Shown here piece by piece: positions 52,657 to 63,824 of a DNA stretch of 64,000 bases. The position numbers and the translations under genes were made by a program. The notes beneath the pieces are model-generated. The model worked only from the letters and a program-made list of their open reading frames with translations. It searched no databases and was not told where the DNA came from. The stretch spans positions 124,001 to 188,000 of the forward strand of contig NIVC01001514.1 of the NCBI GenBank assembly GCA_002269645.1. The letters run 5' to 3'. This DNA is from Macrostomum lignano. Taxonomy: Eukaryota. The number at the start of each line of letters is the position of its first letter. The stretch's first letter is position 1.

Positions 52657-53766
52657 CAGGGGCGTCGCCATGGATTACATGGTGGGGGGGGGACAAAGCC
52701 AAAAGTTCAACATGTGCATGACTAAATTCTTACATTTCCATTATTTTGAGAATCGTATTGTCAGCGCTCATTTTGGCGCCGCAGGTTCTCATTTTAGCGC
52801 CGCAGGCACTCTTTAGCGCTGCAGGTAATCATTTTAGCGCCGCAGGTACTCATTTTAGCGCCGCAGGTACTATTTTTAGCGCCGCAGGCACTCATTTTAG
52901 CGCCGCAGGTACTCATTTTAGCGCCGCAGGTACTCATTTTAGCGCCGCAGGCACTCTTTTTAGCGCTGCAGGTAATCATTTTAGCGCCGCAGGTAATCAT
53001 TTTAGCGCCGCAGGTACTCATTTTAGCGCCGCAGGTACTCATTTTAGCGCCGCAGGTACTCATTTTAGCGCCGCAGGTATTCATTTTGGCGCCGCAGGTA
53101 CTCATTTTAGCGCCGCAGACACTCATTTTAGCACCGCAGGTACTCATTTTAGCGCCGCAGGTACTCATTTTAGCGCCGCAGGTACTCATTTTAGCGCCGC
53201 AGGCACTCTTTTTAGCGCTGCAGGTAATCATTTTAGCGCTGCAGGTAATCATTTAAGCGCCGCAGGTACTCATTTAAACGCCGCAGGTACTCATTTTAGC
53301 GCCGCAGGCACTCTTTTTAGCGCTGCAGGTAATCATTTTAGCGCCGCAGGTAATCATTTTAGCGCCGCAGGTACTCATTTTAGCGCCGCAGGTAATCATT
53401 TTAGCGCCGCAGGTACTCATTTTAGCGCCGCAAGCACATTTTGGCGCCGCAGGCACATTTTGGCACCCGCAGGCACTCATTTTGGCGCCGCAGGTACTCA
53501 TTTTAGCGCCGCAGGTACTCATTTTAGCGCCGCAGGCACTCATTTTAGCGCCGCAGGTACTCATTTTAGCGCCGCAAGCACATTTTGGCGCCGCAGGCAC
53601 TCATTTTGGCGCCGAATGCGCTATATTTCGGCGCCCTGAAGAAAAATTTTTGATCTCCACAACGGGTCACAAGGTGGGGTGGGGGGACAAAGCATTGGCA
53701 TGTCACCCCCAAAGCTTTTACCGGGTGCGGGACATGTCCCCCTGTCCCCCGGTGGCGACGCGCCTG
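52657..53766. mobile_element. hAT-type MITE with 8-bp TSD and an internal 21-bp array (~40 units)
   Basis: TIRs CAGGGGCGTCGCCA / TGGCGACGCGCCTG; exact 8-bp TSD TGCTTGGA (52649-52656, 53767-53774); internal unit CATTTTAGCGCCGCAGGTACT. Confidence 0.85.
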
Positions 53767-54289
53767 TGCTTGGATCGGGAAAAGGAGTTTTATGTCCATG
53801 AACGCTACACTGGAGTATCTTAGAAATGAGCTGGAAGCATGTAGTTAGGAGTTATTTTTTTGTCATTTAGTATTGCTCTCGAGAAATAAATTAGCACACT
53901 GTGTGCACACAGTTCAGTTGCGTACGCTGCTGTTTATTTATTTTTAATCTTGAAAAACAACTACGAGAGTTTATGAAGCAGCATCCTGAATGCTATGCGA
54001 GTGTTGACAACTATTTACAGTGCAATTCAAAACAGATGCTATTGTGCTATTGTGAGTTGTTTAATAAAGCTCATGCTGTGAGGGTACAGGTGTCTATAGA
54101 TGGTAAATAATTATGGAGAAATAATTGATACTTGCTCATAAACAAAATGAGTCAAAGCTACGTAAAAGAATAACAGTTTTTTGTCCGTCCGTCTGTCTGT
54201 CTGTCTGTCTAACATCCGGTTTGTAAAGAACCTGCCCCAGGGACCTCAAGGAACGCCTCGTAGATTGGCAAACAACAAGCTGATGTCTG

Positions 54290-54760
54290 AAATGTGGCGC
54301 AGGGGTCAAGAGCTAACGCAAATGCGGATTGGCATGGCTGAAATTCAATATATTTTTAGGGCCGGATGTTTTTAAAAGCAGCAACAAGGATGTGAGGTTA
54401 AGAGTTTCGTTATCGGGCCCATGGACACGAAAAATAGGACGTTGTAAATTTCGCAAATCCTTTCCCCGCTCTCCACAGGGCTTGGACTCAACCGCAGGGA
54501 CATCAACCTCTCGGGTCATGGCTGTTTTGCCACGCATCGTCACCTCCAGGGAAAAAATCTGTAGCAACGAATGTACTTTCTGCCTCTCCGGTGTCGAGAA
54601 TGCGGATCACTTCATCTGTGAATGCCCCGCCTTTACTCAGGACAGGCTCACCTATCTCGGCCCAAACCCGGACCTCTCCAACCTTTTCAGGCCCGAGAAT
54701 CTCCCGCCAGCTTTTCCGCTACCTAAGGGCTACCGGGCGAGCGACCATCCACCTTCTGGA
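54290..54760 (+). mobile_element. Degenerate 3' end of a non-LTR retrotransposon (I/R1/Jockey-like C-terminal CCHC knuckle)
   Basis: Frameshifted LGLNRRDINLSGHGCFATH followed by ECTFCLSGVENADHFICECPAFTQDRLTYLG, matching the (L/S)GH...CxxC...ExxxHxxxxCP pattern of LINE ORF2 C-termini. No RT domain in the window. Confidence 0.6.
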
Positions 54761-54889
54761 CTCTCCGGAGGGGGACCGCGCTGCGGACACCGGCACCAGC
54801 GGATCTCTCTGCGCGAGAACTCCGGATTTCCCAAAAAAGAAGAGAGGAAACGAGAGGAGCGATGAACTTGGAGACAAGATTAGAGGAAA

Positions 54890-55227
<338 letters not shown>

Positions 55228-55759
55228 GAGAAGAGACACAAGCCTTGAGCGGGCCGGATTGCTGTAGTGAAGTTTCAAAGGACCCGAAGCACGGATAGAG
55301 AGGCTTTGCGGGCTGCAGTTTTCGGACCCCAGTTTTACTTTAGTAGGCCATGAGATTGCAGCTGTGATGACAGAAGCACTTTTCAGTGCACTCGCTCTGC
55401 TGCACAACCGACAGTATAATTAATGAGATTAGCGCATAATAGCGCAATTACATACTCTTAGGTACTTTCATTCGATCGCGTTTTCAAATCTTCAGTTTTT
55501 TTCGAAGGAGTTACTGGAGTACAAAATATAGTTAAGCCCCCACGCGTGACAAAGAGCCTGTAAGGCCGGGCTCTAAGCGCACAGCAGACGCCTCCCCGCT
55601 GTATCCGGATGCCCGAAGCCCCCCGCAGCTGAGTCAAGGAAGTCAAGTCGCTGCTTTGCCAATCGGGAAGTTCAAAAGAAGAGACAAATGTTTGGTACAA
55701 TGCGCACCAATCTGCTCAATTGGCGCCAGTGCCCATGCCCTTGTCCGTATGGTTCGCAT

Positions 55760-55954
55760 ACTCACCTGTCAGTCTCTCGTAGATCACGTGACAAGCGTAC
55801 TCACCTGTCAGTCTCTCGTAGATCACGTGACAAGCGTACTCACCTGTTAGTCTCTCGTAGATCACGTGACAAGCGTACTCACCTGTTAGTCTCTCGTAGA
55901 TCACGTGACAAGCGTACTCACCTGTTAGTCTCTCGTAAATCACGTGACAAGCGC
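55760..55954 (-). repeat. 39-bp tandem repeat x5 containing an exon end plus 5' splice donor
   Basis: Unit on the - strand GCTTGTCACGTGATCTACGAGAGACTRACAG|GTGAGTAC; donors at 55922, 55883, 55844, 55805, 55766. Confidence 0.9.
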
Positions 55955-56380
55955 ACTCGGTCGCCTCCTGATAATCTGCGCAGGCGAATCTCCGACCATA
56001 GCCGTTCAGCCGGTCAACGGTAGCGCTGCTGTCTCCGGCCGTCAGCAGCAGCACCAGGTCGCCAGCCGGGTAGTCCAGCACCTGCTGACAGGCGGTGGCG
56101 CAGCCGCCAGACTGCCTGCAGCCGGAGTCAATCAGCAGCAGGCAGTCTACCGGCCTGAACTGGCGCTGTTCACTGAGCCAGCCGAGACTGACGCAGTGAA
56201 TTTTGCAGTGCCGATTGGGATTGTCAATTTTGTACACTCGCTCCAATCTTTGCAAGATTCTCTGCTTCAAACTGGCCAGCTGCTTACTGACCTCTTCATC
56301 GCCCAGGCAGTAGGCGGCCGAGGCGGCTGGGGTGAGCACGAGCAGAAAGCTTGCCACAGCTCTACACTCTACAGCTGCTC
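55922..56380 (-). CDS. Orphan symmetric (phase 1-1) coding exon, 153 codons, unknown alpha/beta domain; possibly an alternative exon of the BIR gene
   Basis: Acceptor TGTTCGCTAG|GA at 56380 and donor CAG|GTGAGT at 55922; 459 nt open; GC/CTG-rich codon usage like the other exons here. Peptide AVASFLLVLTPAASAAY...VDCLLLIDSG...DLVLLLTAGD. Parent gene not established. Confidence 0.5.
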
Positions 56381-57427
56381 CTAGCGAACAGCTGACCCAT
56401 GACAATTGATCTTCAACGTTTGTCTTTCCTGAAAGCAATGCGCAAATCTTATAGCGCTTGCTGCATTGTGCAGTATCAGTGATAGTGCACTGTCTCTCTC
56501 TCCAGTGTATGGATGCTAATTTACGTTTTGTAAAAAGGTGCAGAAGCTTTGAGATTGGGTTACAACAGGGATGCAAAGATATGTTTAAGAAAGTAGAAAT
56601 TCAGCACTACTTTCAAATACAGTACAAGTCTATGGTAAAAACCCATCTAAGGCTATGCAAAGAAGGCAGCAACTAAGAAATCCGTTTATATAGAAAAAGT
56701 GCAACTGTAGGTGAACCTGTGATTAAAACTAGATTTGGAAGCCGAAAAACTGGGGAGATAAATATTGGGAATTTTGCGATAAACACCTGAAAAGTTCCCA
56801 TCTAGCAAAATTCAAGTGAATAACCTCAAAAGCCAGATAGAGAACCAGATAAGAGCATTGTTGCCAGTCAGAGGAGGGGAGAGAGAAGAGGGAAAAGAGA
56901 AGAGAGGGGAGATTAGAGACAGAAGAGACACAAGCCTTTAGCGGGCCGGATTGCTGTTGTGAAGTTTCAAAGGACCCGAGGCCCGAATAGAGAGGCTTTG
57001 CGGGCTGGAGTTTTCGGACCCCAGTTTTACTTTAGTAGGCCATGAGATTTCAGCTGGGATGACAGAAGCACTTTTCAGTGCACTCGCTCTGCTGCACAAC
57101 AGACGGTCAGACAGTATATTTAATGAGATTTGCGCATAAGTACGTAGGTACTTTCATTCGATCCAATTTTTCATATCTTAGGTCCTTCGAAGGGGTTTAT
57201 TGGAGTGCAAGATAGTCAAGCCCCTACGCGTGACTGAGAGCCTAGATAGGGCCGGGCTCTGGGCGCCCACGCTATTAATTACGCGCGTCACTGCCAGCTG
57301 TCACTCATTCTGAGCTGTAATTGCTAAGAAGATATGTCATTTACTCGTATTTGATAGTGCGGCAGTTTTAATAAAATTTTTATTTGATCAATTCCAAGCC
57401 TTGGTACAGCGTTACGCAAGGTTAAGT

Positions 57428-58325
57428 CAGAATGGCGCCTAGTCAGAGAATGGCGGACAGTCAAAGAATGGCATCCAGTTAGAGAATGGCGCCTAGTCAA
57501 AGAATGGCATCCAGTTAGAGAATGGCGCCTAGTCAGAGAATGGCACCCAGTCAGAGAATGGCGCCTAGTCAGAGAATGGCGGACAGTCAGAGAAAGGCGC
57601 CTGGTCAAAGAATGGCACCCAGTTAGAGAATGACGCCTAGTCAGAGAATGGCGCCCAGTTAGAGAATGGCGCCTAGTTAGAAAATAGCGCTTAGTCAGAG
57701 AATGGCGCCTATTCATAGAATAGCGCCTAGTCAGAGAATGGCGCCTGGTCAGAGAATGGCACCCAGTTAGAGAATGGCGCCTAGTCAGAGAATGGCACCC
57801 AGTTAGAGAATGGCGCCTAGTCAGAGAATGGCACCCAGTTAGAGAATGGCGCCTAGTCAGAGAATGGCACCCAGTTAGAGAATGGCGCCTAGTCAGAGAA
57901 TGGCGGACAGTCAGAGAATGGCGCCCAGTTAGAGGATGGCGCCCAGTTAGAGAATGGCACCCAGTTAGAGAATGACGCCTAGTCAGAGAATGGCGCCCAG
58001 TTAGAGAATGGGGCCCAGTTAGAGAATGGCGCCCAGTTAGAGAATGGCGCCCAGTTAGAGAATGGGGCCCAGTTGGTTAGAGAATGGCGCCCAGTTAGAG
58101 AATGGCGCCCAGTTAGAGAATGGCACCCAATTAGAGAATGGCGCCTAGTCAGAGAATTGCGGACAGGCAGAGAATGGCGCCTGGTCAGAGAATAGCACCC
58201 AGTTAGAGAATGGCGCCCAGTTAGAGAATGGCGCCCAGTTAGAGAATGGCACCCAGTTAGAGAATGGCACCCAGTTAGAGAATGGCGCCCAGTTAGAGAA
58301 TGGCACCCAGTTACAGAATGGCACT
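57428..58325. repeat. 18-bp minisatellite
   Basis: AGAGAATGGCRCCYAGTY. Confidence 0.9.
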
Positions 58326-58799
58326 AAGTTCAGCTGAAACTCTGGCTCCGGAATCCCCAGCATTGCAGGCATATGTAAGTCAATAAAGACAATCTTTAAA
58401 CATAACTACAACTGCATGCATGGTCCAATGCATTTTAATGAAAATTTGGCATCTAAATATTATTATACTGGAATGAATGAAAATTAACTTAGTTGGCATG
58501 GAGTGATGGGAGTTCGTCAACAATATGCGGAAGCGCCACTAATTGCTAGTTAGTACGGCAATATAATATTGAAAGAATATGGGCGCATTAGATCGCCTAA
58601 GAGAGATAATCTGCATTGGAGTGTACACATATGTACAGGCACGACCGTACGCTCTCTGCCAGGGTGCTCGTATCGGGCTAAATTAGAATCACCTCATACG
58701 CTGTTCGTACGAGGCAGAGAGAGCTATTCAAACAGTTCCTTGACTCACTGGGTCCGGTGTGGAAGGTCAATCAGGTGGGCGAGGTGAATTAAGTGATTC

Positions 58800-59523
58800 C
58801 ATTGGGTCAGTTAGGTAAAGTGGGTCAGGTGGTCGAGGGGGTCAGGCGGGTAGAGTGGGTCAGATGGGTCGAGTGGGTCAGGTGGGTCGAGGTGAATCAA
58901 GTGATTCAGGTGAAGTGGGTCAAGTGGGTCAGGTAAGTCGAGGGGGTCAGGTGGGTCGAGTGGGTCAGTTGGGTAGAGTGGGTCAGGTGGGTAGAGTGGG
59001 TCAGGTGTGTCGAGGTGAATCAAGTGATACAGGTGAAGTGGGTGAAATGGGTCAGGTAAGTCAAGGGGGTCAGGTGGGTCAAGTGGGTCAGCTGGTTAGA
59101 GTGGGCCAGGTGCGCCGAACGGGTCAGGTGGGTCGAGCGGGTCAGGTGGGTCGAGCGGGTCAGGTGGGTCGAGCGGGTCAGGTGGGTCGAGCGGGTCAGG
59201 TGGGTCGAGCGGGTCAGGTGGGTCGAGCGGGTCAGGTGGGTCGAGCGGGTCAGGTGGGTCGAGCGGGTCAGGTGGGTCGAGCGGGTCAGGTGGGTCGAGC
59301 GGGTCAGGTGGGTCGAGCGGGTCAGGTGGGTCGAGCGGGTCAGGTGGGTCGAGCGGGTCAGGTGGGTCGAGCGGGTCAGGTGGGTCGAGCGGGTCAGGTG
59401 GGTCGAGCGGGTCAGGTGGGTCGAGCGGGTCAGGTGGGTCGAGCGGGTCAGGTGGGTCGAGCGGGTCAGGTGGGTCGAGCGGGTCAGGTGGGTCGAGCGG
59501 GTCAGGTGGGTCGAGCGGGTCAG
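58800..59523. repeat. 18-bp (9-bp x2) G-rich minisatellite, degenerate on the left and perfect from ~59120
   Basis: GGGTCAGGTGGGTCGAGC. Confidence 0.95.
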
Positions 59524-59618
59524 GTTTTTTAATCAACAATTGAACATCCCGCTCTCCCCCCACGGTTTGCATAGCAACACAATACAGCAAGAGCCTGACT
59601 GTTTTGCCGTCAAGCGCA

Positions 59619-62600
59619 TCAAAGCAGCTCCGGCAGCTGCAGCAGGCCAACAATGTCTAGAATGTCCAGCAGGCCGGGCGCTAGCAAACTCTGCGCCTCG
59701 GATTCGTGCGCCAGCGCAATGATATCCCCTGCTCGAGTCGGACAGGCGCCGTTGTTGCGCATAAAATAGCGCGTCAACCAAGCGGCGAGGTGAGGCGGGC
59801 TGTAGCCGAAGCTGGCGGCCAGGCTGAGGCCGCAGCCGCCAAGTAGGCAGCCGCGCAGTTTCCGCAACGCCCGCGCGTAGCGTTTAGCGTCGCCGATGGC
59901 GTCCAGCCGTTCGGCGAGGCGGCGAATTCCGAGGCCGCCGGCGCCAGCGCCGCTCCTGGAGACGGCGCGGGCCAGGGCGCAGAGCCGGGCGTAGTAGCAG
60001 TTTGGACTCGCCCGACGGTGCCGCCGGAGTGGTTCGTCATCGTGATCGCTGCCAGCTGCTCCCAGACCGCAGCGGTCGGTCAGCTCGATGTCGTCGAAGC
60101 GATCAACAAAAGTGTCTCTTGATGACGACGACGACGGCGGCGGCAGCTCTTCCGTCGTCGACGCTGTCGGGGAGACGCGGACGCAGCAGTGGAAGCAGAC
60201 GAGGCTGCCGTCGCCCGGTCCCAGGTGGACGAATCCCGCCTTGGCGAGGCTGAGCGATGACGGCGAGGTCGATGGCGAGGTTGACGAGGGCAGGGTGGAG
60301 AGGCGGTCGGCCAGCAGGGTGTACTGAGGCAGCACGGAGGCCGTGAGGGTCAGCACGAGGCATCCTGAGAAGGGAAGTACGCAACGGAGTTGCCATGGAG
60401 ATGACTTTTTAGCCGATAATTAATTGTGTTTTTAATTTTAAAAGAGAAGTTTCCATGGAAACCCCAATGAGTTGCCATGGAAACAACCTATACTACGAGG
60501 GGTGTCCCAGAAGTAGTGTCACTTTTGCTTCCTTCCACAAGTATTAATGTATGTTTAAAAAATCATGCCTTAAAAGTTAGCGGCTTTTTTTAGCTTTCAT
60601 GCCACGAGAGTCCGATTTTTATAAGTGCTTCCTGCTGTAAGCAGCATGCATAAGGGGGGCCGTAGCCCAGCAGTCTAGCGCAGGCTCTGGTGTGCCAGTG
60701 ACCCAGGCTCGATTCCAAGTGCATTCATATTAATTTCGGGCTGAATTGGAATCTTGGCTTGGCTCTGCTCGTGCAATTAACGGCCTTGAGAGCCAACCCC
60801 CCAAGGCGCAGTGAAGTGTACATGCCTAACGATAATATAAAGTTAGGGCCGCTGTACACTCCTGTGTGAGTGTGTGCCTGCGTACGTATCCGCGCGCGTG
60901 TATGCCTGCTCAGGGGAGTCGGCGGAATGGGCAGCAATGCCTCTCGCCGGTTGTGTGCCTATGTCGCTTAAAGTGCGCCAGGGTGCACACAACCCCCTGC
61001 CTCTAATAAAAAAAACCAGCATGCATTTATTCGCATACCCTTGGCCATAGAAATACACACCGCATGGTGCTTCTATGCTCACTCAGAAGAAAGCCACAAG
61101 TAGAGCTGATTAAGCACAGAGTTGCGAGACAGCAGCTGCAGGATTTGTTCCAGTCATGGACCCTAACTTTTGGATAAGTTGGCAACACACTGCCGGCCAG
61201 CCTCGAACTGTTCGATCCACCTGTAAACTGTTCGTTGACTGATGGCATCGGGAGTCGGCACCGTCAATGCGGGTCAGGTTTTCGTGAATTTCAGGGCATT
61301 TCTGACCAAGACTTCGCCCTTCTGTAGAGTGAATGTTAGGGTCCATGACTGGAACTAATCTTGCAGCTGCTGTCTGGCAACTCAGTGCTTGATCAGCTCT
61401 ACTTGTGGCTTTCTTCTGAGTGAGCATAGAAGCACTATGCGATGTGCATTTCTATGGCCAAGGGTATGCGAATAAATGCATGCTGCTTACAGCAGGAAGC
61501 ACTTATAAAAATCGGACTCTCGTGGCATGAAAGCTAAAATAAGCCGCTAACTTTAAAGACATGATTTTTTAAACACGCATTAATACTTGTGGAAGGAAGC
61601 AAAAGTGACACTACTTCTGGGACACCCATCGTATTTCGTACGAGTAAATATGATCTGTCGGGATGTTGTTTTTTCTGTGTGACTATTTTTAGAACCCAAG
61701 GCCAGTCCAGCGCTGACATGGTTTATTTAACGCGAATCGTTGGCTGCCAAGTGTGCGGTTAGCATATCAAGGAATAAAAATACGCAGACGGTTTTACGAG
61801 GTTCATGAATTTTCAGGCCTCCGGGATTCAGTACGCTCATAGCAGCGTACGCTACATCTGATAAGAGCGGCATCCGTGATGTTGCTAGCTAAATACTCGG
61901 GCTGGGACCGACTTGTTCCCAAAATAGCTTGAAGTAAGACGTGCGGAGAAATGTACTGCACAACAAATTCTCGATAACTTCTGTACAAATTCTTTACAAC
62001 TGACATGAAATAGTATTGATGTGTTTATATTCCTGAATGAATTTTATCTATATTTCACCCTGTTTTGTCGGCTGTTTTTAAATATTTCAGATTTTTCAAA
62101 ATCTTTGTTTATTAATCCTTTCTTTCAACTTTCCTGCCAGACCGCTCTCCCCCTTTTTCCCAATCTCCCAGTTCCCGCTCTCCCCTTTCTGATTCTCCCC
62201 AATCTCCCAGTTCCCGCTCTCCCCTTTCTGATTCTCCCCAATCTCCCAGTTCCCGCTCTCCCCTTTCTAATTCTCCCCAATCTCCCAGTTCTTGCTCTCC
62301 CCTTTCTAATTCTCCCCAATCTCCCAGTTCCGCTCTCCCCTTTCTAATTCTCCCCAATCTCCCAGTTCTTGCTCTCCCCTTTCTAATTCTCCCCAATCTC
62401 CAGTTCCGCTCTCCCCTTTCTAATTCTCCCCAATCTTCCAGTTCTTGCTCTCCCCTTTCTAATTCTCCCCAATCTCCCAGTTCTTGCTCTCCCCTTTCTA
62501 ATTCTCCCCAATCTCCCAGTTCCGCTCTCCCCTTTCCAATTCTCCCCAATCTCCCAGTTCCGCTCTCCCCTTTCCAATTCTCCCCAATCTCCCAGTTCCG

Positions 62601-63434
62601 CTCTCCCCTTTCCAATTCTCCCCAATCTCCCAGTTCCGCTCTCCCCTTTCTATTTAACCCCAATCTCCCAGTTCCCGTTATCCCATTTCTAATTCTCCCC
62701 AATCTCCCAGTTCCCGTTATCCCATTTCTAATTCTCCCCAATCTCCCAGTTCCTGCTCTCCCATTTCTAATTCTCCCCAATCTCCCAGTTCCCACTCTCC
62801 CATTTCTAATTCTCCCCAATCTCCCAGTTCCCGCTCTCCCCTTTCCAATTCTCCCCAATCTCCCAGTTCCCGCTCTCCCCTTTCTAATTCTCCCAATCTC
62901 TCAGTTCCCGTTATCCCATTTCTAATTCTCCCCAATCTCCCAGTTCCCGTTATCCCATTTCTAATTCTCCCCAATCTCCCAGTTCCTGCTCTCCCCTTTC
63001 CAATTCTCCCCAATCTCCCAGTTCCGCTCTCCCCTTTCCAATTCTCCCCAATCTCCCAGTTCCGCTCTCCCCTTTCTATTTAACCCCAATCTCCCAGTTC
63101 CCGTTATCCCATTTCTAATTCTCCCCAATCTCCCAGTTCCCGCTCTCCCCTTTCCAATTCTCCCCCAATCCTCTCCCAGTTCCCGCTCTCCCCTTTCCAA
63201 TTCTCCCCAATCCTCTCCCAGTTCCCGCTCTCCCCTTTCTGATTCTCCCCAATCTCCCAGTTCCAGCTACTTGAATGCCCTACAGTGCTCACCCACAATG
63301 TAGACGCGCATCTCCTGGCCGGTGGCAGGCCTGGTGTACAGCGTCAGAATTAGATCAGCAATGTCCTCAGAGTAAGCCGCGGCGGCGGGCTGCAGCAGCA
63401 GCAGTTTGACATCGGCGGCCTTTCTGTCGGACAT
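59619..63434 (-). CDS. BIR-domain (IAP-like) protein with a UBA-like segment, 2 exons, ~295 aa
   Basis: Exon 1 63293-63434 (GTG G|GTGAGC; another in-frame ATG at 63527) and exon 2 59619-60364 (TTCTCAG|GA), phase 1, 888 nt. BIR motifs: DRLST, LAKAGF, G.GD..VCFHC, DDEPLRRHRRASPNC. Downstream LAASFGYSPPHL... resembles the IAP UBA region. No intact RING seen. Confidence 0.65.
60389..60484. promoter_or_regulatory. Cluster of three RFX X-box-like motifs
   Basis: GTTGCCATGGAGAT (60389-60402), perfect palindrome GTTTCCATGGAAAC (60449-60462) and GTTGCCATGGAAAC (60471-60484); X-box consensus GTYNCYATRGNAAC. Confidence 0.55.
60496..61631. mobile_element. Non-autonomous mariner-type fold-back element, ~305-bp TIRs, TA TSD, interrupted by the SINE
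   Basis: TA|CGAGGGGTGTCCCAGAAG ... CTTCTGGGACACCCATCG|TA. Left arm 60496-60651 plus 61027-61175 is the reverse complement of right arm ~61339-61631. TACGAGGG is a typical mariner terminus. Confidence 0.8.
60654..61016 (+). mobile_element. tRNA-derived SINE, full length (~360 bp), with 10-bp TSD
   Basis: A-box-like TAGCCCAGCAG and B-box-like GGCTCGATTCC, an A-rich tail (TAATAAAAAAAA), flanked by CAGCATGCAT at 60642-60651 and 61017-61026. Homologous copies elsewhere in the window. Confidence 0.8.
62155..63265. repeat. 38-39-bp CT-rich minisatellite in BIR-gene intron 1
   Basis: CCCCAATCTCCCAGTTCCCGCTCTCCCCTTTCTAATTCT. Confidence 0.95.
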
Positions 63435-63824
63435 CCTGGAAGTGCCGTGGTGGGGGCTGCGGCGGTGTAGGCTTAAGAAGATAAGAGTGGGAGAGATTAC
63501 GAATAAGATCGCGAGTTTCTTTTCCATATAGTCGGGGCAGAACTTAGTTGTTTCATTTTTTCATCTCGACAAAAAATGTTGATTTTCGCTGGCGCTGCTG
63601 GTGCTAAAGCCCTTTAAAGCTTCACGAAAGCCTTAAATTTGATGAAGAGAACGAGAGCTCTAGGCTCTGTGTGGAGAGCTTCATGATCCAGTGTAGAGGA
63701 CAGAGATAAAAAGCAATTCAAAAATAGCATTGCGCGCCAACGTGAATATGCACAGATGCTACCAAAATAACCTGCCAAGTTCCCTCGGATTTGTAATATA
63801 GCGAAGTTCGGCAAGATTTAAGGA

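Larger units (their letters stand above)
55229..57266 (+). repeat. ~350-bp imperfect direct repeats (55229-55580 and 56921-57266) flanking the orphan exon
   Basis: Shared AAGAGACACAAGCC...TTTTCGGACCCCAGTTTTACTTTAGTAGGCCATGAGATT...CACTCGCTCTGCTGCACAAC...TAGGTACTTTCATTCGATC...GGCCGGGCTCT. Confidence 0.8.

Noticed and set aside
56362-56400. ATG GGT CAG CTG (MGQLFARSS, myristoylation-like) as the start of the orphan exon
   Set aside because: That frame stops after 12 codons and is out of frame with the exon. It would only work with an unproven sequencing error.
59533-59700. Hidden RING finger or stop read-through after the BIR/UBA region (PAGH...C and CCSCRSC in other frames)
   Set aside because: It would need several frameshifts, still would not give proper RING spacing, and a second in-frame TGA follows two codons after the first.
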